Below, piece by piece: positions 55,485 to 64,000 of a stretch of 64,000 bases of DNA. The position numbers and the translations under genes were made by a program. The notes under the pieces are model-generated. The model was not told the DNA's origin and searched no databases. It saw only the letters and a list, made by a program, of their open reading frames with translations. The DNA is from a virus (Duplodnaviria; Heunggongvirae; Uroviricota; Caudoviricetes), in IMG/VR virus record IMGVR_UViG_3300047281_000124. The stretch is one strand, 5' to 3'. Numbering within the stretch: the first letter of the stretch is position 1; the number at the start of each line of letters is the position of its first letter.

Positions 55485-56480
55485 CTAGCTTATAGTATAG
55501 AGATTAGATCGTACAGCTAGTTGTGCCTGTATATCTATCTTTGTAGATGCCCGTTTAAGGCCTTGTTTATAAAAATCAAATATATCACTACTACGGTGTT
55601 TAAGTAGAAACTGATCTCGTAAGCTTATAAAAGCACTCACACTTTTAGGGGATTTATATATCAAAGGCTTTTTTAAGTTATATAAAATCTGTCCGTAAGT
55701 ATTATAATTTTTATAATTAGTTAGTACGTGCAACTGCTTAACTAATATATTTGTATAGTTGGGGTCCCAGTAAAAATTAATTTTATCTATTCCAGGAATT
55801 TTTATGTTACTTCCATAGCTTAAACAAACCATATCATTAAAAACAATACCACTTTTATTGCCTGCATTAAATAAGGTAGTTCTGTCCTTGCCCCAAATAA
55901 GTGCAACTCTTTTATTTTCCATATTACTAGGCACAACATATTTATGTATATCCTCCCAAAACCAGTTATTAGGGCTATACCTTGTACCTATATGTTCAAC
56001 CCACTCAGTGTCATAGTTATATATACTAAAGTTTTTAACGTTCCCGAAATATTCAGAATAGTCGCACACTTGTGTAATAGATTCTAAGCCTAGTTCTTTT
56101 AGGTAAGGAAAAGAGTTATGGTAGAGTTCACCATTGTGATTTTCGTCTACACCAAATGCTGAATCCTGTTTAAACGCTCCAACACATACTACCTTGTCTA
56201 GTTTAATATTATTATAGTGAAAAGTCTCTAAAATATTAGTTGAGTCATATCCCCCACTGTAAAATAGTACTACATAGTCATAGGTATCTCTAATGCGTTG
56301 AGCCTGTTCCCTATAGTAGTAATCTAGTGAGTAATTTGGTTCTGTTTTCCAATTAACGCTAGTGTATATACTATCATAATAGTTATACTTTAGTATTTGA
56401 TTATTGCTATTGCAATATTTAATAGCCTCAAACTTGTTTATGAAGGTAGTATTATCTTCACTATAATAAAAACTACTCAT
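55485..56480 (-). CDS. PP-loop ATP pyrophosphatase family protein (SGGxDS)
   Basis: VVLFYSGGYDSTN motif; N- and Y-rich with low GC. Confidence 0.5.
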   Translation of the reverse strand: MSSFYYSEDNTTFINKFEAIKYCNSNNQILKYNYYDSIYTSVNWKTEPNYSLDYYYREQAQRIRDTYDYVVLFYSGGYDSTNILETFHYNNIKLDKVVCVGAFKQDSAFGVDENHNGELYHNSFPYLKELGLESITQVCDYSEYFGNVKNFSIYNYDTEWVEHIGTRYSPNNWFWEDIHKYVVPSNMENKRVALIWGKDRTTLFNAGNKSGIVFNDMVCLSYGSNIKIPGIDKINFYWDPNYTNILVKQLHVLTNYKNYNTYGQILYNLKKPLIYKSPKSVSAFISLRDQFLLKHRSSDIFDFYKQGLKRASTKIDIQAQLAVRSNLYTIS

Positions 56481-56875
56481 TATGTGTTGTTATTTGTACT
56501 ATTTAACATATTAATAATACTATCTAGTTGTTCCGGTGTTAGTACAGGAGGTGCAGCTTGTGCCATAATTTCAGACACATTAACATTAGGTACCCCTTTC
56601 GGCGTGCTTGCTAACAATAAGTCTGATAAAGCTTGAGCATCTACTTTTGAGGCAATATCTTCAAAATTAGAGGCAGAGGCAACTTCAATTTTTCTTTGAA
56701 GCAGCCACGTAGGGGCTTTTGACTGGATTAGTTCTTCGAGTGCTGTTCCAGTTATGTACTTTCCATCTACAACAGGTACATCTATAGGAAATATACCTAA
56801 GTTATCTCCTTGATATAAGTACATTACCGTGATTGTTCCTGTAGACGCGCCTGCGTTAACTATTTTATATTCCAT
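56480..56875 (-). CDS. hypothetical protein
   Basis: 131-aa ORF. Confidence 0.4.
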   Translation of the reverse strand: MEYKIVNAGASTGTITVMYLYQGDNLGIFPIDVPVVDGKYITGTALEELIQSKAPTWLLQRKIEVASASNFEDIASKVDAQALSDLLLASTPKGVPNVNVSEIMAQAAPPVLTPEQLDSIINMLNSTNNNT

Positions 56876-56887
56876 TATATTTCCTTT

Positions 56888-57826
56888 TTAAGATATTGAA
56901 CCACTGCGTGTACCTGTGGCAGTATACGTAATATTACCATTTCCTACAATTGCAGCACCACCTGCGCCAGGTGCTGCAGTACCTTGCCTACCCCACACAT
57001 TACCCCCGCCAGAACTACCTAAACCTCCTCCGACTCCGCCGTGATTACCATAACGATTATCGCCGTATCCGCCAATATAACCCCCAGGACCTCCAGAGCC
57101 GCCAGCGGTAAGAGTGCCACCACTACCTGCAGTGTTATGGGTGTCATTTTGCTGTGTAGCTCCATAGTTATTTATAGTCACTGTTACGTATCTTTGGGCT
57201 CTCCCACCAAGGCCCGCTGGAAGGCCTGCACCGCCGCCGCCGCCGGAACCTCCAAAGGGGTAATCTCCGTGATACCCCCCACCACCACCGCCGCCACCGC
57301 CGGCTATAGTACCGTTATTTTGTAATGTTAAGGCAACTGTGGCGTTTAAAGCAGGGCCTCCAGCACCTCCTGTAGAAGATAGGCCGCTATACCCAGTACC
57401 TCCGGTATTTTCTGAACCTTGCGCACTAACATAGTGTCCTCTGCCACCTAACCCACCCGCCCCTACTATTGAGTGATTATTAATTAAGGTAACACCATTA
57501 GGGAAAGAACCAGTAACTATTAAAGCGTATGACGACGTATTAGCAGCACCTATATTACCAGAAGTTGTAGCCTGTACCCGTGAAGTACCGTTCCAACCTG
57601 CTGCAATAGCTGCATTACGTAAATCTATACTATAACCAGAAGCTAGGGTAAACACAAAAACATTGCTTTTTCCATGCCCGTTACTCATAGATATAGTTCC
57701 TGAAGCTACCCCAAATAGTGCTCGCACAATCGAGTCATTTAAGCTAAGGCTAAGAGTACCTGTACGATTAAGTTCTACATTTACTTGATTAAATGAGATT
57801 GAATTAGGGGATACGGGTAAAGTCAT
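56888..57826 (-). CDS. glycine-rich tail/fibre-associated protein
   Basis: Long poly-Gly tracts (GGGGGGGGGYHGDYPFGGSGGGGG). Confidence 0.45.
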   Translation of the reverse strand: MTLPVSPNSISFNQVNVELNRTGTLSLSLNDSIVRALFGVASGTISMSNGHGKSNVFVFTLASGYSIDLRNAAIAAGWNGTSRVQATTSGNIGAANTSSYALIVTGSFPNGVTLINNHSIVGAGGLGGRGHYVSAQGSENTGGTGYSGLSSTGGAGGPALNATVALTLQNNGTIAGGGGGGGGGYHGDYPFGGSGGGGGAGLPAGLGGRAQRYVTVTINNYGATQQNDTHNTAGSGGTLTAGGSGGPGGYIGGYGDNRYGNHGGVGGGLGSSGGGNVWGRQGTAAPGAGGAAIVGNGNITYTATGTRSGSIS

Positions 57827-59274
57827 TTAATACCTCTTATTTCTTCACGAAGCTCTTTAATAGCTTCAATTAATAATCCTACCATATTACCATAAGCTAC
57901 TGTTAAGGTTTTATTCTCGTCCTGTAGTTGAACAATAGCTTCAGGTAGCACTTTTTGTACTTCTTGTGCTATTACACCTGTTTGACGGGTTGTAACACGA
58001 TCAGTACGATCAAAAGTATAGCCACCAAGCTGGCATACTTTATCCAAAGCGTTTTCAATTCTAGTGATATTAGTTTTAAGACGAATATCAGAAGGTGCAG
58101 TAGTAGAACCGTACGCTGTAATATTACCTAGCATTACTAAGTCTCCTCCCGGGCCTATGTTACCTGAGTATGTTCCATTATTACTAAAGTTAATATACCC
58201 GTCCAAGGTCCAATAGAGCCCTGTATCAGCAGCCCCCTCAGAGGTAAATGCAAGACTAGGAGAGGCGGCTGTACCATTAGTTAGACTTACTTTTCCTGTT
58301 GAGGTTATAGAGCCAAAAGTAACACCATTACTAGTACCTACACTCTGGTTAATAGTGTAAGCAGTAATATTAGACGAAGTTCCTGTAGTATTTTGGTTTA
58401 GGGTAGGAAAAGTACAATTAGTTAAATTACCTGAACTAGGTGTACCTAGCACAGGAGTTACAAACGTAGGACTAGTAGCTAATACTACAGCCCCTGAGCC
58501 TGTCGAAGTTGTGGTACCCGTACCACCATATCCTACACCAATTGTACTGCCATTATATATTGTACCAGTACCCAAAGTTTTATTAGTTAAACTTTGAGTA
58601 GCTGCCAGTAGTGCAATAGTATCTGAAGTTACTAAAGGTATTGTGTGCCTTTGTGTAGCATTTCCTCCAATAGTTGTAACAATTACACCAGCAGTTGCAT
58701 CTGTAAAACTTACTTGTCCTGATAGGGTGTGATTACCACTAAAAATTCCTGATAACACTCCGGCACTATACGTCTTATTAGTAAACGTTTGAGCGGCTGC
58801 TAATAGTGCTAAGGTATCGGAAGTTACAGAAGGTAAGGTATGTTGAAGTGCGGAAGTTGGGCCTATTTTTGTACTAATAATAGGAGAAGTACCGTTACTA
58901 AAGGTTTGTGCATTTGTAAAAGTATGCGTACCCCCTACAGTAACGATTAAGCTAGCCCCTACTGTAGAAGAAGCCGCAAGGGCGGCCACCCCTGAGGTAC
59001 TAAGCGTAGTAAATGCTCCCGTACTTGTAGTAGTAGCGCCTACGCTCCCGTTAATATTAATGTTATATGCACTAGATAGAGGTGCCCAGGTGCTACCATT
59101 ATACTTTTCCTGATAAAGGCTACTAGCATTCCATCTAATAGCATTTACAGGTAAATTAGTAGCAGCTACGTGAGCCGAATTAAGCCCTAAGGCTATGTCA
59201 TCTAATCTAGCATCTATTTGAGCTAGCACATTAGTGTATGTGCTAGAAACTGTGGGCAAGTTATGATCTGCCAT
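57823..59274 (-). CDS. tail fibre protein with a C-terminal intramolecular chaperone (S74) domain
   Basis: T/S/G-rich repeats; C-terminus ...PSDIRLKTNI...TVAYGNMVGLLIEAIKELREE. Confidence 0.65.
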   Translation of the reverse strand: MADHNLPTVSSTYTNVLAQIDARLDDIALGLNSAHVAATNLPVNAIRWNASSLYQEKYNGSTWAPLSSAYNININGSVGATTTSTGAFTTLSTSGVAALAASSTVGASLIVTVGGTHTFTNAQTFSNGTSPIISTKIGPTSALQHTLPSVTSDTLALLAAAQTFTNKTYSAGVLSGIFSGNHTLSGQVSFTDATAGVIVTTIGGNATQRHTIPLVTSDTIALLAATQSLTNKTLGTGTIYNGSTIGVGYGGTGTTTSTGSGAVVLATSPTFVTPVLGTPSSGNLTNCTFPTLNQNTTGTSSNITAYTINQSVGTSNGVTFGSITSTGKVSLTNGTAASPSLAFTSEGAADTGLYWTLDGYINFSNNGTYSGNIGPGGDLVMLGNITAYGSTTAPSDIRLKTNITRIENALDKVCQLGGYTFDRTDRVTTRQTGVIAQEVQKVLPEAIVQLQDENKTLTVAYGNMVGLLIEAIKELREEIRGIK

Positions 59275-59285
59275 ATTTTATCTCC

Positions 59286-62200
59286 TTAATAACCTTTAAT
59301 AGCCCACGATGCTGGGCCAGAAACCCTTACACCACTAGTATTATATAAATAAATGCGCATACCTTGTGAGTATGAGCTACAATTTCCTGAAGTATTAGCT
59401 GTGGCTATAGATACTGTGTACTGTGTTGTATTAATCACAGAAGAAACTGCGTAAACTCCACTAATTCCAGTACCTGAAGTAAAGTCTAATCTAACCTTTT
59501 GCCCTGAGGCTCCGGTAACATTGCTAAAACCATGAGATACACTGGTAGTTACAGTACAAATATTGCCAGATATAGTGTAGCTAGCAGGTATAACTGTATC
59601 TAAATAATCATATACAGCCATAACAGGGCTGGTACTATTTGGAGATACCGCAATACTTGTTACATCAACAAACTCTCTACTAAAATTAGCTACAGTACCT
59701 AGTGTGTGCGATGAGTCACATACAACACCACCAGCATCGTCTTTAATTTTAGAATCTAAGCGTATATTAACGTAATTTAAAGCATAAATGGCTTTATCAC
59801 TACTAACCTGCGAAACACTGACTCTAACCTTTATATATCTAAAGTTAGATATAAATAATAAGGAAGAAGCACTAATCGGACTATACGTAATGTTGTCTGC
59901 AGAATAACTAACTGTAGTTATAACAACAGGAGTTCCTGATATTACTGTACCTGTAGTAGTTATAGTAACCTGACTACTACCAATTATTGTACCAAAGTCT
60001 ACAAGTTCCTCGTAGTAACCAGAAGCCAGTGAGGGTTGTGAGTATATAGGATAAAGCGCATCAATTTGATTTTGAGGACTAACCCACCCACGAGTATCAA
60101 AGTGTTGTGCTAGCGTAGAAACGGTATCAATAGGCATTGTTACCTGATTTACACCTGTATCTAAATTAGCATCTATTCTAGCATTATTTACAGTACCGGT
60201 GAATTGACTAGTAAAATTACCATTAAATATAAAGTCAGGCGGTTGAGACACAGTTACTGTAAGAGGGTAGGCTAAACCCTCTTTTTTATCTGTATCTACT
60301 GCGGCGATTTCATAAGTATAGGTATTTGCCTGACGTTCAAAAATTGTAGTAAAAGTACCACTTTTTTCGCCTACATTTTCAGGTATAGCAAGAGGTATCC
60401 CCATAATCTTAGTTTTTCTAACTATTACGTGATCGATAGGTAAAGTTGTTCTAACAGGAAGATCCCAGTACAACATAACATTATTATCAATTACATCTGC
60501 TCTAACAGAGCTAATAGCATCAGGCTTTGACTTAGTAATAGTTTTAGCAGTACCTGTAGACTTGTTACCTAATAAATCTACTGTCTTTACCGTAAATACT
60601 TTATCGCCTATCCAGTTTACGGGTAGGGGTGATATGGTTAGAGTATTAGAACTAGTAGTTATAACCGTAGAGTTATAAGACACTTCGTATCCTGATAAAC
60701 CGAAAGCATTTGAAACATCTGCCCAGTTTAGGGTAAGGCTTGCATCGGTTAAACTAGAACCAAAAGTACTATTTAAACTTGGCTCCAATACGTTAGACGG
60801 GGTTGGCACTAAATAAGATACACTTCTAGTAGCAGATACTTGGTTTTTATAGTCTCTGGCTACTAAAGTATAATTTTTAGTTCCTGATATTTCTATCATA
60901 GAAATAGTTGCTTTAGAGACGGTACCTTTCCACGCTAAGGTGGAATCTGAATTATATATTTCATAAAATTCAATAGGTATTTGTGTAATACTTATAGCGT
61001 TATCTGTCCAGTCCAGTACTATGTCGGTACCTGAGATACTTATAGCAGGCAGACTAGGTGTATTTGGTACGTTTAAAGCTAGTACTAAAGTATTGGATAT
61101 GCCTGTGTACTCGTTTCCTACTACGTCAATAGGTACAATAGTTAAAGTAACTGCATTTGCCCAAGTTATTGGAACCTCCCAGTCTGTTGTATCTCTTACG
61201 GTACTAATGGTAGTTAAACCAATACCTGTTAAAGTTACGCGGTAGTTTCTTACAGCGAAACTTCCTGGTACTGCGGCTGTCCATTTAAATAAAGCAGAAG
61301 TTATTCCAGAGTAGGTCGCACTAATATTAGTAGGTGCTGATGGAGCTAATATTGTAAAAGCTTTTACAGTAGAGCTAACACTAAATAAGTTAGTACCGTC
61401 GTACGCTCTAATATACCAGTTTTTACTAATGTCTGCAGGTCCAGGGGTTACCAAACAAGTATTACTATTACCTATAAATAAAGCTCCAGCACCTCCCCAG
61501 GTAGCCTCAACGTCTCTAACTTCATAACCGGCCAGGTCTATTTCAGTATTCTTTGACCACGTTAAGCGTAACTTATCCCCTTCAGGTACTACGGTAATAC
61601 TAGAATCTACTAATGCAGGAGGATTAGTTTTTCCTACAATTGTATGAGTAACTTCTGTAGTCCAAGGCCCTACAAAACCTAAACCACTTGTATATCTTAA
61701 TTGTACAGCATATCTACTACCTTCTAGAACATCTGAAAACGTAATACTCCCTTCGGAGATAAGAACTACATCAGAAGATCTCCAGCTTGTGCTTGTGTCT
61801 ATATCTAAACACAATCTAGCTTCTACATTTGTTATGTTACTTTCTAGATTTGCAGGGTTGCTAAAAGGTATATTAATCTTGTAAACGTAGCTAGCACCAG
61901 ATATTTCCATAACAGACTCGTCACTACGAATATCAGTACTTTGTACTGAGGGCACACTCTTAATATAATTGCGAGCAAAAATTGAGGGTCTAGTTATCTT
62001 AGTGTCAAATGCGGGAATAGGTAAACTATCAGCAGTGTACACGGCGGGTGAATAGTCTACTAAAGTTAATTTTGCTGTTAAATTGCTAGAAGGTTCTACG
62101 CTTGTAACAATTAACTCTACAGACTCTAAATTAGGTAAACCAAGCATTACTAAGTTACCTGCAGCACCTTCAACCGAAGTTATTGGAGAATTTAGTACAA

Positions 62201-64000
62201 TAGTAGAATAGTAGTTTTGTACAGATACTTGAGATACATCTCGTAAAACACTGCCGTTAGCCGCAGTTCTTATTCTAATCTTATAACTAGTATTTGCATC
62301 TAAGAGTATTGGCTCATCTAATACTAATGTAGTGGTATTAACAAAAGACTTGATGCGTCCAGTGCCTGTACCCCACTCAGGTATATCGTGTGCTACTCTT
62401 ACTAGATCTCCTCGGGTACATACAATATATTCCATGTCTGCACTAAGAGTATAAGTTTCGGGGCGAAGACGTGCTTGTGCAAAGTGAAACCGGGCATGTT
62501 TGTGTGCTACAATAGCGGTAGTTACTCCAGGTAACTGTACGGCCTCAAATAAGCTCGCATTATCTACGGAATACCCGTCTTCTATATTATATACCATGAG
62601 TTCTTCACTTTGGTAATCTTTTGCAGAATTAATAAATATTACGCGCAAGGCGTGTGGTATTTGGGACAACTTTTTAGTGGCTTCAAAACCCCATGAGTTA
62701 TGTGGAGTAAAGTGCTGAATAACAGCAGTTCTAGGTCTGTCAATTACAACACTCCATTTTCCGCCAACTAACACAGGGCTGGCTCTTCCAGCAGCACAAA
62801 TATCTCGTAATACTTCAAGTAAGCTTCTTTGTGCAGTTATTACTGCATCATATGTGAAGCCGTTTGTACTACAATAACTATGCCAGTCTTGTAAGGCTGC
62901 TAAATCGATTTTACTAGACACTTCTGAGTCTAGGACCCTCTGTGCGTTACCAGGATGTTGAAGCATGTATCTAAACAAGCTGGCAGGGTTTCTAGTAGGT
63001 GCCTCTACCCAACTACCTGTACTGTAATCTAAACATCTTGAGGTAACTAGTGCGTTAATACCTTCTATAGAACCACTAATTTGATCAGTAGCTTTTATAT
63101 TCATAGCCATTAAAGCTAGTTTTGCGTTTTTTGGTTCTTGGATTACTACTTTTGCAGGGTTAGTTCCTGTTACTAAATAAAGGATAGCTTTATGAAATAA
63201 AACCGGTTTATTTGGCGAACTATCTAGTTCCAGGGCTTGACGTGTGCCCATTCTATTTGTTCTACGTATACGAATCTTGTAATACTTAGTACCAGTAGTA
63301 GAAAAGTCAAAACTAACTGAAAAAGCGTCTTTACGTTGACAAAAGGCTTGGCTATCTAATCCATAAGTTAAATTTACTAAGCTAGACCAGCTCCCTACCT
63401 CAGTTAAAGAGTCCTGCGATATTTCTATAATCTGAGCCTCTCCAGTAAACGCGGTACTAAACGCCTTTCCTGCATTTTCACCCTCTCGGTAGATACCACG
63501 TAAACCTTCAGGAAAGTGTAAAGTAGCTTTAACATTATTACATAATGTAGGTATAGCTATGTATACCCAGTCGTTATTGTGATTACCAACCCAGCCGTTA
63601 GCTTCCGTACCTTGATCATATATAAGTTCTAAGTTAGGGGAAACTTGGAAAGTATCTGGGCCATATATCTTGTATAAGGCTTCTCGATCTGCAAGGGTTT
63701 CAGTAGAAAGACCTTTTACAAGTTTAGAAGTATAGCTATCATAATTTTCTAAAGGTACAGCGCCTACAAGTATGTTTTCTACATCTACTGGCCCATATCC
63801 CCAAGTTAGTAACATTCTTAGATAAGCAGTATCCGTATCTACTTCAAGGTAGTTGATAGCAGCACAAGTAGCCACTACTCGGTATCTACCTAGTATAACA
63901 GGTATAGGTGCATACAGGTTAGCGGAGTTTCTAGAACCTGTTAACATTAACTGGGCACTGGCACTTCCAGCATCAGGGGTAGGATCTGGGGGACGAACTG
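59286..64000 (-). CDS. giant tail tip / central fibre / host-specificity-like protein with FN3-like repeats (N-terminus beyond the window)
   Basis: More than 1553 aa; the frame stays open to the window edge; multiple FN3-like segments. Confidence 0.6.
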   Translation of the reverse strand, partial: VRPPDPTPDAGSASAQLMLTGSRNSANLYAPIPVILGRYRVVATCAAINYLEVDTDTAYLRMLLTWGYGPVDVENILVGAVPLENYDSYTSKLVKGLSTETLADREALYKIYGPDTFQVSPNLELIYDQGTEANGWVGNHNNDWVYIAIPTLCNNVKATLHFPEGLRGIYREGENAGKAFSTAFTGEAQIIEISQDSLTEVGSWSSLVNLTYGLDSQAFCQRKDAFSVSFDFSTTGTKYYKIRIRRTNRMGTRQALELDSSPNKPVLFHKAILYLVTGTNPAKVVIQEPKNAKLALMAMNIKATDQISGSIEGINALVTSRCLDYSTGSWVEAPTRNPASLFRYMLQHPGNAQRVLDSEVSSKIDLAALQDWHSYCSTNGFTYDAVITAQRSLLEVLRDICAAGRASPVLVGGKWSVVIDRPRTAVIQHFTPHNSWGFEATKKLSQIPHALRVIFINSAKDYQSEELMVYNIEDGYSVDNASLFEAVQLPGVTTAIVAHKHARFHFAQARLRPETYTLSADMEYIVCTRGDLVRVAHDIPEWGTGTGRIKSFVNTTTLVLDEPILLDANTSYKIRIRTAANGSVLRDVSQVSVQNYYSTIVLNSPITSVEGAAGNLVMLGLPNLESVELIVTSVEPSSNLTAKLTLVDYSPAVYTADSLPIPAFDTKITRPSIFARNYIKSVPSVQSTDIRSDESVMEISGASYVYKINIPFSNPANLESNITNVEARLCLDIDTSTSWRSSDVVLISEGSITFSDVLEGSRYAVQLRYTSGLGFVGPWTTEVTHTIVGKTNPPALVDSSITVVPEGDKLRLTWSKNTEIDLAGYEVRDVEATWGGAGALFIGNSNTCLVTPGPADISKNWYIRAYDGTNLFSVSSTVKAFTILAPSAPTNISATYSGITSALFKWTAAVPGSFAVRNYRVTLTGIGLTTISTVRDTTDWEVPITWANAVTLTIVPIDVVGNEYTGISNTLVLALNVPNTPSLPAISISGTDIVLDWTDNAISITQIPIEFYEIYNSDSTLAWKGTVSKATISMIEISGTKNYTLVARDYKNQVSATRSVSYLVPTPSNVLEPSLNSTFGSSLTDASLTLNWADVSNAFGLSGYEVSYNSTVITTSSNTLTISPLPVNWIGDKVFTVKTVDLLGNKSTGTAKTITKSKPDAISSVRADVIDNNVMLYWDLPVRTTLPIDHVIVRKTKIMGIPLAIPENVGEKSGTFTTIFERQANTYTYEIAAVDTDKKEGLAYPLTVTVSQPPDFIFNGNFTSQFTGTVNNARIDANLDTGVNQVTMPIDTVSTLAQHFDTRGWVSPQNQIDALYPIYSQPSLASGYYEELVDFGTIIGSSQVTITTTGTVISGTPVVITTVSYSADNITYSPISASSLLFISNFRYIKVRVSVSQVSSDKAIYALNYVNIRLDSKIKDDAGGVVCDSSHTLGTVANFSREFVDVTSIAVSPNSTSPVMAVYDYLDTVIPASYTISGNICTVTTSVSHGFSNVTGASGQKVRLDFTSGTGISGVYAVSSVINTTQYTVSIATANTSGNCSSYSQGMRIYLYNTSGVRVSGPASWAIKGY

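Noticed and set aside
1-64000. Searched for integrase, transposase or IS elements, CRISPR arrays and rRNA
   Set aside because: None found. No att-like repeats flank the tRNA cluster. The window is a lytic phage interior.

Overview
This 64 kb window looks like a contiguous piece of a T5-like (Demerecviridae-type) lytic phage genome. The basis is a clear homolog of the T5 D15 flap endonuclease, a dense tRNA cluster interspersed with HNH endonucleases, an SbcCD-like nuclease pair, and L-shaped-tail-fibre-like proteins with C-terminal self-cleaving chaperone domains.

Layout:
- 1..20.7 kb (+ strand): an accessory region with about 24 confident tRNA genes plus 4 atypical tRNA-like elements (all with encoded CCA), three paralogous HNH homing endonucleases, and many small ORFs. 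Each ORF is driven by a strongly conserved sigma70-type promoter.
- 20.7..41.2 kb (+ strand): an early/replication module. It encodes glutaredoxin, a split NAD-dependent DNA ligase, a DnaB-like helicase, a primase, a family A DNA polymerase, an SF2 helicase, SbcD and SbcC, an Hjc-like resolvase, the T5-type 5' exonuclease, dUTPase and a single-chain class II-like ribonucleotide reductase.
- 41.2..64 kb (- strand): a late module with tail fibres, a lysis cassette (GH19 endolysin and an embedded spanin pair), PhoH, and a tail protein of more than 1550 aa that runs off the window.

Most notable observations:
1. A tandem pair of CmoB-like and CmoA-like SAM-dependent enzymes sits inside the tRNA cluster. 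The phage also encodes every tRNA species that receives cmo5U34 in E. coli: Ala-UGC, Val-UAC, Ser-UGA, Pro-UGG, Thr-UGU, and a probable Leu-UAG. This suggests a phage-encoded wobble-uridine modification pathway.
2. A low-GC four-gene island is inserted in the tail module. It carries a PP-loop ATP pyrophosphatase and a secreted TctC/Bug-family solute-binding protein.
3. There is a Dps-like ferritin, a DUF3820-like protein ending in an SSB-tail-like DEIPF motif, and a very acidic candidate DNA mimic.
4. Several atypical tRNA-like elements are present, including a 110-nt one.

All calls are from reading the sequence and recalled family motifs. No searches were run.
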